Of a stretch of DNA of 64,000 nt, positions 1 to 9,837 are shown piece after piece. The translations under genes were made by a program, and so were the position numbers. Numbering within the stretch: the first letter of the stretch is position 1; each line of letters begins with the position of its first letter. Below the pieces are notes generated by a model. That model was given only the letters and a program-made list of their open reading frames with translations. It was not told the DNA's origin and did no database searches. Origin of the DNA: Myxococcaceae bacterium (GTDB taxonomy: Bacteria > Myxococcota > Myxococcia > Myxococcales > Myxococcaceae); NCBI GenBank assembly GCA_036675345.1, contig JAKFFE010000022.1:127742-191741 (forward strand), read 5' to 3'.

Positions 1-816
1 CGGGGGATCATCCGCTCCCTCACCAAGATCATCCGGGACTCGGACGTGCTGGCCAAGGCCACCGAGACCGAGTTCTACGTGCTGCTGCCGGAGACTGACT
101 TCTTCGGCGCCAGCATGTTCATCCGCCGGGCCTTCCAGGCGGTGCGCGAGGACCCGGAGGTCAAGGAGGTGGATGCCCGGCTGCCGGTGACGATGGTGGC
201 CGGCGCCGCCACCTTCCCCAAGGACGGGGAGGACTTCGACGAGCTGGTCCACCGCTGCCGTCGTCGGCTGGAGGAGCGGCGCGCGTCCCTGCACCGCAAG
301 CTGCACCTGCAGGGGATCACCTTCTGGGAGCAGGTGGAGCTGCTGCTGGGCCAGCCGGATTCGCCCCGCCTGCCGATCGACGACAAGGCCGAACCCTCCC
401 GCCGGGGCAAGGTCTCCGACGCGCTGTTCGAGGAGCTGCAGACCGAGATCGCCCGCGAGCTGGTCCGCGATCCCACCTCCCGCGGGGTGCTCTACGTGGG
501 CGCTCCGGAGATCCGCCACGACCTCTCGGTCTCGGTGCAGCTGGAGAACGTCCCCCCGGACTTCGCCGCCCGGGTCTACCTGCTGGGGCGCCGCGCGGAC
601 CTGGACTCCCACCCCGCGCTGACCCCGGTGTTCCTGGAGGGCGACGACCGGCTGGCCCGCCACGAGTTCATCCTCTGGCTCTCGGAGAACGCCGCCTACG
701 CCCTGGTCCAGCGGCGCGGGCGCGGCGCCACCTGGGGCTTCCACACCTCGGACACCGGCGTGGTGGACGGGCTGATCACCAAGCTGCAGTCCGAATACGA
801 CCTGCAGCCGTACTGA
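1..816 (+). CDS. C-terminal part of a degenerate GGDEF-like domain protein (5' truncated by the window edge)
   Basis: The open frame runs from nt 1. The segment DVLAKATETEFYVLLPETD...VTMVAGAATFPKDGEDFDELVHRCRRRL fits the GGDEF fold pattern (RYGGEEFvvLLPdT...vSiGva..p.dg.....l...AD.aLY) with TETEF in place of GGDEF. An unknown C-terminal domain of about 170 aa follows. Confidence 0.5.
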   Translation, partial: RGIIRSLTKIIRDSDVLAKATETEFYVLLPETDFFGASMFIRRAFQAVREDPEVKEVDARLPVTMVAGAATFPKDGEDFDELVHRCRRRLEERRASLHRKLHLQGITFWEQVELLLGQPDSPRLPIDDKAEPSRRGKVSDALFEELQTEIARELVRDPTSRGVLYVGAPEIRHDLSVSVQLENVPPDFAARVYLLGRRADLDSHPALTPVFLEGDDRLARHEFILWLSENAAYALVQRRGRGATWGFHTSDTGVVDGLITKLQSEYDLQPY

Positions 817-823
817 GCGAACC

Positions 824-2317
824 TTGGCCCAGCCGCGAAAGATCCTCCTCGCCGATCCGGACCTCGAAGCGGTCCGCGAGCTGACTCGCGCCCTGCGCCA
901 GAAGGGGCACCAGGTCCACTACGCGCCGGACGGCTCCCGGGCGCTGGAGCTCTCGGTGCTTCGGCACCCGGACCTGGTGCTGTTCGACGAGGACTGCACC
1001 CTGCTGGACGCGCGGACCTTCGGGCAGATCCTGCGCACCAACCCCCGCACCGAGGACATCCCGGTGGTGCTGACCACCGCCTCCATCGACAGCGACAAGG
1101 TCCGCGGCCTGCGCGACGGCTACCTCAAGAAGCCGTTCAACCTGGACGAGGTGCTGGCCCGGATCGACCACATCTTCCGCCGCGCCGAGGCGGCCAAGGA
1201 TCTGAAGGGCGAATCGGGGGAGATCGAAGGCAGCCTCAGCCAGCTGTCGATCCCGGACCTGATGCAGATCCTGGGGATGAACAAGCGCAGCGGGCGGCTG
1301 AACCTGACCCGCGGGAAGGAGCGGGGAGAGATCCTGGTCGGCGAGGGCCGGCCGCTGAACGCCAAGATGGGCCACGTGGAAGGGGAGAAGGCGCTGTTCC
1401 GGCTGCTGGGCTGGAACGACGGCTCCTTCTCCTTCTCTCCCGGGCCGCCCACCCCGCGGGTGCGCATCAACCGGGTGATGGACGACGCCTTGCTGGAGGC
1501 GATGCGGCACGCCGACGAGTCGGCGCGGCTGCTGCCCCAGCTGCCGCCCAAGCACACCCGGCTGCAGCTGGCCCCCGAGGCGCAGCTGCCCACCGATCAG
1601 CACCCGGTCACCGCCCAGGTGGTGGAGCTGCTCAAGCAGCCGCGCACCCTGGCCGAGGTCCTGGACTCGGCCGCCGCCACCGACCTGGAGGTGCTCTCGG
1701 TGCTGGCCACCCTGCTGCAGAAGGGGGTGGCCCGGGTCGCCGAACAGCAGGACGATCAGGGAGGGCGCGGCCCGTTGCTGGGGCCGGCGGAGGTCCACGC
1801 GCTGCGGGCCCGCATCTTCCGCGGCCGGACCTCCTCCCGCATGGCGGTGGCCAAGGTGTTCCTGTGCGTGGGTGGTCCGGCGGCGACCAAGAAGCTGCTC
1901 AACGGCCTGCCCGGGTTCTCCCGAATCGCGGCCGAGCCGGGGGCCCTGAAGTCCGGCTTTGGGACCCTGGGCCGCTTCGAGGTGAACGAGGGGCTGCGGG
2001 TGGAGTTCTGCGTGCTGCCCCCCGGCGAGGCGGCGCGACCGCTGTGGCGGCCGTTCGCCAGCGGCGCGGTGGGGACGCTGATGCTGGACACCTCGGAGGG
2101 GGCGCTGAAGCTGGCGCGTTTCCTGGCCCTGGATCTCCGGGTGCCGATCGTGGTGGTGGGGGCGCCGGTTCCCCCGGAGTTGGCCGCCGCCCCCGCCGGT
2201 GCAGCCTCGGTGGGAGAGGATCTGACCGAGGCCCTGCGCTCGCTGCTGGTGCAGGCGCTCAATCCGCTGCAGCCGGCGATGGTCCAGATCGAAGCGCCGC
2301 TGCCGCTGGAGGCCTAG
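824..2317 (+). CDS. Response regulator: receiver domain, then DUF4388 (PDL motif), then a degenerate Ras/MglA-like C-terminal domain
   Basis: The N-terminus ILLADPD...DLVLFDEDC...LKKPF is a CheY-like REC domain. The middle SLSQLSIPDLMQILGMNKRSGRLNL...GHVEGEKALFRLLGWNDGSFSF has the DUF4388 signature. The C-terminus VAKVFLCVGGPAATKKLL...VGTLMLDTSEGALKLARFLALDLRVPIVVVG resembles a small-GTPase fold with a non-canonical P-loop. TTG start at 824. Confidence 0.7.
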   Translation: MAQPRKILLADPDLEAVRELTRALRQKGHQVHYAPDGSRALELSVLRHPDLVLFDEDCTLLDARTFGQILRTNPRTEDIPVVLTTASIDSDKVRGLRDGYLKKPFNLDEVLARIDHIFRRAEAAKDLKGESGEIEGSLSQLSIPDLMQILGMNKRSGRLNLTRGKERGEILVGEGRPLNAKMGHVEGEKALFRLLGWNDGSFSFSPGPPTPRVRINRVMDDALLEAMRHADESARLLPQLPPKHTRLQLAPEAQLPTDQHPVTAQVVELLKQPRTLAEVLDSAAATDLEVLSVLATLLQKGVARVAEQQDDQGGRGPLLGPAEVHALRARIFRGRTSSRMAVAKVFLCVGGPAATKKLLNGLPGFSRIAAEPGALKSGFGTLGRFEVNEGLRVEFCVLPPGEAARPLWRPFASGAVGTLMLDTSEGALKLARFLALDLRVPIVVVGAPVPPELAAAPAGAASVGEDLTEALRSLLVQALNPLQPAMVQIEAPLPLEA

Positions 2318-2670
2318 CGGGCGTCGGAGGCGGGCTGCTCGGCAGCCCTCAGCGCCGCGGCGACCCCGGGCAATTCGGTCAGCAGCTCCAGCTCCGCGTC
2401 CCGGAGCATGGCCAGGCAGTGCCCGGAGATCCGGTCCAGCCGCAGCTCCACCCGGCTCTCGCCGTTGGCGTCCACCGCCTTGTGCAGCCGCACCCCGCCG
2501 CCTTCGGCGTGGCAGGCGACGATCTGGCGGCCCAGGGCGCGCAGCCGCCGGGACACCTTGAGTGCCTGCTTGCCCTCCGGGGTCTCGAACGTGTGGAAGT
2601 GCCGGTTCCGGGACAGGGGGCGGGTGGGATCATTGAGGCGGCGCACCAACCGCCGCACGAACGGGTCCAT
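2314..2670 (-). CDS. Hypothetical small protein (118 aa)
   Basis: It fills the gap between two plus-strand genes, overlaps the upstream stop by 4 nt, and has a non-repetitive composition. No family was recognised. Confidence 0.35.
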   Translation of the reverse strand: MDPFVRRLVRRLNDPTRPLSRNRHFHTFETPEGKQALKVSRRLRALGRQIVACHAEGGGVRLHKAVDANGESRVELRLDRISGHCLAMLRDAELELLTELPGVAAALRAAEQPASDAR

Positions 2671-2690
2671 TCGCCCGGTAAGATAGCAGG

Positions 2691-4028
2691 ATGCGTCTCC
2701 TCCCGCTCCTTGGGCCGCTGGCCCTGCTCTCCCTCTGCGTGGTCGCCTGCAAGGACCCCGAGACAGTCGCGGAGGCGAAGAAGATCCGCTCCGCGGAGGA
2801 TCAGCTGGAGGACGGAAAGCGGTTCCTGGAGCAGGGTCGCCCGGACCTGGCGCTGCGCGAGTTCAAGACGGTGGCCGCCATCCTCCCCACCGATCCCCGG
2901 CCGCAGCTGTTGATTGCCCGGACCCAGCGAGAGCTGGGCAACGACGGGGCGGCGATCCTGGCGCTCAAGCAGGGAGTGGAGCTGTCCCGCAGCGGCGATC
3001 CGGGCCTCAAGAAGCAGCTGGCGGATGCGCTGCGCCAGGACGGTCACCTCGAGCAGGCGCTGCCCTTGTACGTGGAGCTGCGGGACGAGGGCGCCCTCTC
3101 CGACCGGGAGATCCTCCAGCTGTCCCGGCTGCAGGCGCGGACCGGGGACACCCAGGCGGCGTTCAAGACCCTGGAGCTGGTGCAGCGGAAGAGCCCCGAC
3201 GATCCGTTGGCCAAGGTCACCGAGGCGACCGTGCTGTTGGCCTCGTCGGACGAGAAGAACGAGGCCTTCGCGCTGAAGATCCTGGAGCGGCTGGTGACCG
3301 AGAACCCGGCGATGCCGGAGGCGCGCACCCTGCGGGCCCGCCACTTCCTGGGCCTGGGCGAGCCAGAACAGGCGGAGGCGGAGCTGGCCGCGGTGTCCAA
3401 GGAGGATCTGGAACAGCCGGAGCTGGCGGAGCTGAACGCGGATGTGCTCTCCGCGCTGGAGAAGTTCGAGGAGGCGGACTCCGCGCTGGGGATCCTGCTG
3501 GAGCAGCGCCCGCGGGATCCGGAGCTGCTGTCCCGGCTGGCGGAGGTGAAGCTGAGCCTGGGCGCGGTGAGCACCGCGGACATGCTGGTGGAGCAGGCCC
3601 TGGGGGTGCGCCCGAAGAACGCGCGCTCGCTGTACATGCGCGGCCGGATCATGGAGGCCCAGGGCGAGCTGGCGCGGGCCCAGGAGTACTACGGCCAGGC
3701 GCTGACTTCCGACCCCGCGCTGTCCGCGCCGCTGTCCCGCAGCTGGCGGATCCACCAGCAGCAGGGGGAGTCCACCGAGGCGATGAGCACCCTGGAGCGG
3801 CTGCTGTTCATGAACAAGGCCACCCTGGAGGAGAAGGTGGAGTTGGCCGCCCTCTACGCGGAGAGCAAGACCCAGCAGGCCCGCGGTCGGAAGCTGATCG
3901 CCGAGGCCCGCAAGAAGGACCCCAAGAGCGACCGGCTGAAGGAGATCGAGAAGAAGCTGGGCAGCGGCGCCAAGGCCAAGCGGCGCGCGCCCCAGGTGGA
4001 GATCATCTCCGGCGGCCGTCGCCGGTAG
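2691..4028 (+). CDS. TPR-repeat lipoprotein
   Basis: Lipoprotein signal MRLLPLLGPLALLSLCVVAC, followed by multiple 34-aa TPR-like repeats (A..Y/L..G...A...) and a basic C-terminus. Confidence 0.75.
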   Translation: MRLLPLLGPLALLSLCVVACKDPETVAEAKKIRSAEDQLEDGKRFLEQGRPDLALREFKTVAAILPTDPRPQLLIARTQRELGNDGAAILALKQGVELSRSGDPGLKKQLADALRQDGHLEQALPLYVELRDEGALSDREILQLSRLQARTGDTQAAFKTLELVQRKSPDDPLAKVTEATVLLASSDEKNEAFALKILERLVTENPAMPEARTLRARHFLGLGEPEQAEAELAAVSKEDLEQPELAELNADVLSALEKFEEADSALGILLEQRPRDPELLSRLAEVKLSLGAVSTADMLVEQALGVRPKNARSLYMRGRIMEAQGELARAQEYYGQALTSDPALSAPLSRSWRIHQQQGESTEAMSTLERLLFMNKATLEEKVELAALYAESKTQQARGRKLIAEARKKDPKSDRLKEIEKKLGSGAKAKRRAPQVEIISGGRRR

Positions 4029-4043
4029 GCGGGCCTCGCGTGA

Positions 4044-5330
4044 TCAGCGACGGAGGATTCCGTCGGCGACCACCTTCTCCAGGGCCCGGACTCCCTTGCG
4101 CTGGCCCACCGAGATCACCCCCAGGTTGCCGCGGCGGAAGTACTTGCGGGCCACCGCGCGGACCGCCTGACGGGTCAAGGCGTCGGTCTTGCGGATCTTC
4201 TCCTCGAAGCTCTCCGGGGTGTGGAACAGCTCGGTGCCGCCGAACCAGCCCACCAGCTCTCCGGGGGAGTCCTGGGCGAAGTCCAGGAACATCCGGTGGC
4301 GCTTCTTGGCGCGCTCCAGCTCCTCCTCGGTCGGCCCCTCCTCGCAGAGGGTGGCCAGGGTGTTGAGGATCTCCTCCACCACCAGCGACGCCTTCTCCGG
4401 GGCACTGGCCCCTTCGATGTCGAACAGGCCGCTGTCGTGGAAGGTGTCGATGTTGGCGTGGATCGAATAGGCCAACCCCCGCTTCTCCACCACGTTGTAG
4501 GGCAGCCGGGAGGAGAGTCCGTCGTCCAGGACCCGGCGGATCACCTGCAGCGCCGGCTGATCCGGGTGCAGCTCGGAGACGGTGCGGAAGTTCAGCCGGA
4601 ACCCGGTCTGCGCCTCGTCGTGCTGGATGTGCTGGAACCAGGGACCGGCCGGAGGCCTGGGCGGCGGACGTTCGGTGGTGGGGGGGCCGGGGGGAAGGTG
4701 GCGGAAGGCGGACTCCACCCACTCCAGGACCTGCTCGCGCTTCACTGGGCCCCCGGCGGCGACCACCATGTTCCCGGCCACGTAGTGGCGGGCCAGGTGC
4801 GCCCGGACCTGCTCCAGGGTCAGCTTGCGGACCGAGGCCGGGGTGCCGGCGATCTTCAGCGCCAGCGGGTGATCCCCGTACAGCTTCATCTTGGAGAGGT
4901 TCTCCAGGTCGATGTCCCGACCCCGCTCGTCCACCTCGTCCAGCATCTCCTCGAGGATGATCTGCCGCTCCACCTCGAACTCGGTGAGCAACGGGCGGGT
5001 CAGCATGTCCCCCACGATGTCCAGCGCCACCGGCAGCGCGTCGGGGTGCAGCGGGGTGTAGTAGTAGCCCTGGTCCCGCATCGTCACGCCGTTGAGGTTG
5101 CCTCCCACCTCCTCGATCGCGGCGTTCATCTTCACGCTGTCCGGGAACCCCTCGCTGCCGCGGAAGAACAGGTGCTCCAGGAAGTGGGAGACCCCGTTGT
5201 TCTCCGGCCGCTCGTGCCGGGACCCGGTGCGGACGTAGACCGAGAGCAGGGCGGTGTGCAGATGGGGCGTCTCCACCGTCACGACCCGCAGGCCGTTGGG
5301 GAGGGTGTCCTTGAAGTACCGGAAGCTCAT
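4044..5330 (-). CDS. M16 family zinc peptidase (pitrilysin/insulinase-like)
   Basis: HFLEHLFFRGS (HxxEH inverted zinc motif) lies near the N-terminus, and the protein is 428 aa with two M16 lobes. Confidence 0.85.
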   Translation of the reverse strand: MSFRYFKDTLPNGLRVVTVETPHLHTALLSVYVRTGSRHERPENNGVSHFLEHLFFRGSEGFPDSVKMNAAIEEVGGNLNGVTMRDQGYYYTPLHPDALPVALDIVGDMLTRPLLTEFEVERQIILEEMLDEVDERGRDIDLENLSKMKLYGDHPLALKIAGTPASVRKLTLEQVRAHLARHYVAGNMVVAAGGPVKREQVLEWVESAFRHLPPGPPTTERPPPRPPAGPWFQHIQHDEAQTGFRLNFRTVSELHPDQPALQVIRRVLDDGLSSRLPYNVVEKRGLAYSIHANIDTFHDSGLFDIEGASAPEKASLVVEEILNTLATLCEEGPTEEELERAKKRHRMFLDFAQDSPGELVGWFGGTELFHTPESFEEKIRKTDALTRQAVRAVARKYFRRGNLGVISVGQRKGVRALEKVVADGILRR

Positions 5331-6937
5331 GCGCGCGGCAGCCTTACCACGAAGGTGGTCCCCACCCCCGGGCTGCTGTCGCAGTGGATGGTGCCTCCAT
5401 GCGCCTGGACAATCTGCCGGCTGACCGCCAGCCCCAGGCCGGTGCCCCGCTCCTTGGTGGAGAAGAAGGGTTCGAAGATCCGCTCCCGCACCGCGGGTGA
5501 CATTCCCCGCCCGGTGTCCTCGAACCTCACCTCCACCATCCCCTCCGACTCCCCGGAGCGGACGGTCAGCACCCCGCCGGGCTCCATCGCCTCCCGGCTG
5601 TTGCGCAGCAGGTTCAAGAACACCTGGCGCAGCTGGCCCTCGTCCGCCTGGGCGGCTGGCAGGTCGGGCGCCAGCACCCGGTCCACCCGCAGTCCGGCCC
5701 GCTCCAGCTCCTCGCCAGAGAAGTCCAGGACCCGGTGCAGCAGCTGGTTGAGGTCCTCCGGCTCCAGGTGGGGGGTGGGCACCCGGGCCAGCCGCAGGTA
5801 CTGCTCGGTGACCTCGTTGAGCCGGTCCACCTCCCGCAGCATCGCCGCCAGCAGCTCCCGGGTCTCGGTGGCCTCCTCCGGGGCGGCGAAGGTGGCGCGA
5901 TCCAGCGCCTCCTGGAGCAGCTCCACGTTCAAGCCGATGGAGGAGAGGGGGTTGCGGACCTCGTGGGCCACCTGGGCGGAGACCCGGCCCACGGTGGCCA
6001 GCTGCTCGGCGCGCACCAGCGCCTCCTGCTTCTCCTTCAGCTGCGCCTCCCGGTCCCGCAGGGCCTGGGCCATGGAGTCGAACTCCCGGGCCAACAGCGC
6101 GATCTCGTCCTGCCCCCGAAGGCCGATCTGGGTGCTGTAGTCGCCCTGGGCGATGCGGGCCACCCCCACCGTCAGGGTCTTGATCGGAGAGAGGGTGCGC
6201 GCAGCGATGGCCATCACCGCCAGCCCCACCCCGATCGCCAGCACCGAGAGCCCGAGGATCAGCACCCCGCTGCGGCGGGCCCGCACCTCGGCCAGCTCCG
6301 ATCGTTCGCGGATCCGGTTCTCCACCGCCGCGGCCAGAAAGCGCAGGTCCCGGTCGATGGCCCGCTCCTGCTGGTCCAGGGTCCGGGTGCGCTCCTGGAT
6401 CTCCTCCGGTCCCAGCGGGGGATCGTCAAAGGTGGCGCCCAGGGTGCTCTCGTACTCCTGGTAGCGGCGCTGGAGGGTTTCCAGCTGGTCCAGTTGGGCG
6501 CGGACGAAGGGCCGTTCGGAGGGAGGGGCGAAGGAGAGCAGGGTGTCGGTCCGGTTCCGGGCGGAGCTGAGCCGCTCGGCGATCAAGGCCGGGAAGTACA
6601 GCTGCGAGAGCCGCCCCAGCGCGCGGCGAGTCTCCGGGCTGCGCTCCTGGAACACCCGGTCGGTGTCCCGCTCCCGGTTCTGCTGGAAGGTGATCAGCGC
6701 CGCCATGTCCTGGGCCACGTGGAGGTAGCCCTGGCTGATCACCTGGATCTCCAGCTGGTTCCCGCGCAGCTCCGCCACGCTGAACAGCGAGACCGCGCCG
6801 AAGGTGACCAGCACCACCGCGTAGCCAAGGAAGATCCGGGTGGCCAGGGACAGCCGCATTTGCGGATAGGAACCAGGAGCGCGCCGCCGTTGACCGCTCA
6901 AGGGGGCCCCCCTACGCTCCCCGGCGGTTGGGAGCAA
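5327..6937 (-). CDS. Sensor histidine kinase (2 TM, HAMP, HisKA, HATPase_c)
   Basis: Two TM segments flank a periplasmic domain. H-box AHEVRNPLSSI. N, G1 and G2 boxes (LLRNSREAM, DTGRGM, GTGLGLAV). Overlaps the upstream gene by 4 nt. Confidence 0.85.
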   Translation of the reverse strand: MLPTAGERRGAPLSGQRRRAPGSYPQMRLSLATRIFLGYAVVLVTFGAVSLFSVAELRGNQLEIQVISQGYLHVAQDMAALITFQQNRERDTDRVFQERSPETRRALGRLSQLYFPALIAERLSSARNRTDTLLSFAPPSERPFVRAQLDQLETLQRRYQEYESTLGATFDDPPLGPEEIQERTRTLDQQERAIDRDLRFLAAAVENRIRERSELAEVRARRSGVLILGLSVLAIGVGLAVMAIAARTLSPIKTLTVGVARIAQGDYSTQIGLRGQDEIALLAREFDSMAQALRDREAQLKEKQEALVRAEQLATVGRVSAQVAHEVRNPLSSIGLNVELLQEALDRATFAAPEEATETRELLAAMLREVDRLNEVTEQYLRLARVPTPHLEPEDLNQLLHRVLDFSGEELERAGLRVDRVLAPDLPAAQADEGQLRQVFLNLLRNSREAMEPGGVLTVRSGESEGMVEVRFEDTGRGMSPAVRERIFEPFFSTKERGTGLGLAVSRQIVQAHGGTIHCDSSPGVGTTFVVRLPRA

Positions 6938-8238
6938 AAGTCCGCGATCTCCGAGGGGATTCTAGCCGACGCCGGGGCGCCTGGGGGCCCCATGTGCTGT
7001 GGCTGGTGACCCTGGCCGCAAATTCCGCCCTCGCCGCCGAGCTGCCGAAGCTGACCGTCCTCCCCTACGCCACCGCCCCCGGCACCGCTTCGGAGCGGGG
7101 GACCCGGTTTGGCGCCCTGCTGGGCGAGGAGCTGCTGACCCGCGACGGCCAGCTGACCCGGGTGGAGCCACCCCCGGCCGCTCCTCCCAGCCAGCGGGCG
7201 GAGGCGCTGCGGCAGCTGGCCCAGGGCCGGCGACAGCTGACGGGCGGGGAGTTCCAGGCGGCCAGCGTCAGCCTGCGCAAGGGGATCTCCCTGGGGCTGC
7301 TCGATCCGGTCACCGCCCCGATGGACGAGGTGGTGGAGGGCCTGGTCTCCCTGGCGGTGGCCGAGCTGCGGACCGGGGATGAGCGCCAGGCCCGCGCGGC
7401 CCTGGCCCAGGTGGTGCGGCTGGCGCCGATGCTGCGGCTGGCCCGGGGCAAGTACCCGCCGGTGGTGATCCGCGAGTTTGACCGCACCCGGGCCAGGGTC
7501 CTCCACGCCGGGATGGGATCGATCACCGTCCGGGGACCGCCGGGGAGCATCGCCTACGTGGACGGACGCAAGGCCGGTCCGGTCCCGGCGGTGGTCCGCG
7601 GGTTGCCCCCCGGCGCCCACCTGCTGCGCCTGGAGACGCCCGAGGGGCAGAAGGCGGGGAGGATCTTCGAGCTCTCCGAAAACAGGGCCGAGGTCACCCT
7701 CACCCCGGTTCCAATGGTGGAGGTTCCGCGGTTCGAGCCCACCCTGACCGCGGGAGACCTGTCCCGGCTGGCGGCCCATGCGGCCGCGGTGGGGGCGGAC
7801 CTGATCCTGCTGGGGGCACTGGAAGAGCAGGGCGCCCAGGTCCGCGCCGGCAGCGCACTGTACTCGGTGGCCGCCAACGCGCTGCTCCCCCTCCCGGAGG
7901 TGCTGTTCGCGCCGGAGGGGGCGGGCGGGGCGGTGGCCGCGCTGACCCTGATGGACGCGGTGAGCGCCCGGGTGGGGGCCCCGCTGTCGGCGCTGGCGCT
8001 GCCGGTGGACCTGCTGCAGCGCGCGCCGCCCCCGGTCCGGGTCCAGGTCGCGCCCCCGGTGGTGACCCCGCCCCCGGCGCTGCCCCCTCCGCCTCCCTGG
8101 GCTGCCGCCGCCGGGCTGGTCCAGCAGGTGCCGTGGTGGGTGTGGGCCGGCGGCGCGGTGGTGGTGGGCGGGGTGGGCACCGCCGCGGTCCTCCACGCCT
8201 CCCGCCCGGTGACCGGCACGGTGGACGTGCGGTGGTGA
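6928..8238 (+). CDS. Secreted/membrane-anchored protein with a PEGA-like domain and a proline-rich C-terminal TM anchor
   Basis: Signal peptide VLWLVTLAANSALAAE. GSIAYVDGRKAGPVPAVVRGLPPGAHLLRLE is PEGA-like. The C-terminus is PPPALPPPPPW followed by a hydrophobic helix. The true start may be a downstream GTG. Confidence 0.55.
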   Translation: MGAKVRDLRGDSSRRRGAWGPHVLWLVTLAANSALAAELPKLTVLPYATAPGTASERGTRFGALLGEELLTRDGQLTRVEPPPAAPPSQRAEALRQLAQGRRQLTGGEFQAASVSLRKGISLGLLDPVTAPMDEVVEGLVSLAVAELRTGDERQARAALAQVVRLAPMLRLARGKYPPVVIREFDRTRARVLHAGMGSITVRGPPGSIAYVDGRKAGPVPAVVRGLPPGAHLLRLETPEGQKAGRIFELSENRAEVTLTPVPMVEVPRFEPTLTAGDLSRLAAHAAAVGADLILLGALEEQGAQVRAGSALYSVAANALLPLPEVLFAPEGAGGAVAALTLMDAVSARVGAPLSALALPVDLLQRAPPPVRVQVAPPVVTPPPALPPPPPWAAAAGLVQQVPWWVWAGGAVVVGGVGTAAVLHASRPVTGTVDVRW

Positions 8239-9803
8239 GCCGCCGGTGGGTCAGCGCCGCGGCGGTGGGCCTGGGACTGGTGGCCTGCGCGCCGCGGGAG
8301 GTGCCGCTGCGGCTGGAGCTGGTGACCCGGCAGTGCGACGGCAGCTCCGGCCTGGACGGGGTCACCCACCTGCAGTTCCGGATCACCGGGGAGGGGATCG
8401 ATCCGCCGCGGGAGGTGGTGGCGTTGGTCCAGAGCGGGGAGCTGCAGCTGCCCCAGGTCCCCGCCGGCCCTGCCCGGCAGATCGAGGTCCGCGGCTACGA
8501 CGGCGCGCCCAGCTCCGCCGGCCGCCTGGTCTCCCGAGGCGTCTCCGCGCCGTTCGAGGTCCCCTCGGTGATGCCGCTGCCCGGGCAGCCGGTGCCGGAT
8601 CAGACCGTGTTTCTCCGCCCGGTGGATCGGCTGGCCGCGCCCAATCTGTCGGTAGCGCCGGAGGCCTGTCAGCGGCTGGCCCAGGCCCGGGCCGGGCACA
8701 CCGCCACCGTGCTGCCCGATGGCCGGGTGCTGATCGCCGGCGGCTATCGGGCGGAGGCCTCGGGCCTGCCGGTGGCCCTGGCCGAGACCGAGCTGTTCGA
8801 TCCCCGCACCGGGGTATTCACCGCCGGTCCCCCGCTGGGGGTGACCAACGCCGCCGGGGGCTTCACCCCCTATCCGCGCGCCTTCCATGCGGCCACCGCG
8901 CTGCCCGACGGACGGATCCTGTTCACCGGGGGCGAGTCCTACGACGCCACCGGGACCGCCACCCGCCACGCCACCGCGCTGGTCTTCGATCCGGCCCGCG
9001 ATCCCAACCGCTACGGCGGCTTTCCCTTGCGCGTCCCCCGCGCGCACCACGCCACGGCGGCGGACCCCCGGGGGAGGGTGCTGATCGTCGGAGGGGTGGA
9101 CTCCGCGGACGCGCTGGTCCCCGAGCTGGAGTGGTGGGGCGGCGACACGGCCCAGACCGAGCTGGCGGACCAGTCGCTTTCCCGCCGGGGGATGTCGGTG
9201 GCCGCCCTGCCCGACGGGGCGGTGGCCATCGCCGGAGGACAGCTGGCCAGTGGGGTCACCGATCTGGTGCAGTTCTTCATCTACGACGACGCCGCGCGCA
9301 CCTTCACCAGCAGCCGGGTTCCGGCGCTGTTGACCCAGGCCCGCCGCGGCGCGCCGATGGTGCCCTTCGCCACCCCGGAGCAGCTGCTGGTGCTGGGCGG
9401 ATTCGGAGACACCGACGACGTCCAGCCGGCGCCGCTGGGCTCCAGCGAGCTGCTCCAGACCGCCAATCCCCCGGTGGTGCTGGAGGGGCCGGCGGTCACT
9501 CCGCGCGGGTTGCTGTGCGCGGTCCCGCTGGGGGACGGACGGATCCTCACCGTGGGGGGCAGGGGCCTGGACCTCAACTTCTCCCCGGTGGGCAGTGATG
9601 CGGTGGAGGTGACCACCCCCACCTCCAGCGGAGGTGCGGCGGTGCTGGGGTTGCAGCCGCTGCCGGTGGGCCGCTTCCAGCACACCTGCACCTTGCTCCC
9701 GGACGGGACGGTGCTGGTGCTGGGTGGGCTCTCCGAGGACTTCGCCGCCAACCTCGCGGTGCTGGGCGATGCCTGGGTGATCACGCCCCGGCCGAGGGAC
9801 TGA
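8235..9803 (+). CDS. Kelch-repeat (galactose-oxidase-like beta-propeller) lipoprotein
   Basis: GTG start overlapping the upstream stop (GTGA). Lipobox LGLVACAP. Repeated ...LPDGRVLIAGG.., ..LPDGRILFTGG.., ..GRVLIVGG.., ..DGTVLVLGG.. Kelch blades. Confidence 0.65.
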   Translation: MSRRWVSAAAVGLGLVACAPREVPLRLELVTRQCDGSSGLDGVTHLQFRITGEGIDPPREVVALVQSGELQLPQVPAGPARQIEVRGYDGAPSSAGRLVSRGVSAPFEVPSVMPLPGQPVPDQTVFLRPVDRLAAPNLSVAPEACQRLAQARAGHTATVLPDGRVLIAGGYRAEASGLPVALAETELFDPRTGVFTAGPPLGVTNAAGGFTPYPRAFHAATALPDGRILFTGGESYDATGTATRHATALVFDPARDPNRYGGFPLRVPRAHHATAADPRGRVLIVGGVDSADALVPELEWWGGDTAQTELADQSLSRRGMSVAALPDGAVAIAGGQLASGVTDLVQFFIYDDAARTFTSSRVPALLTQARRGAPMVPFATPEQLLVLGGFGDTDDVQPAPLGSSELLQTANPPVVLEGPAVTPRGLLCAVPLGDGRILTVGGRGLDLNFSPVGSDAVEVTTPTSSGGAAVLGLQPLPVGRFQHTCTLLPDGTVLVLGGLSEDFAANLAVLGDAWVITPRPRD

Positions 9804-9837
9804 GAACCAGTCCCCCGGGGTCCAACGGGCTTTCGAC

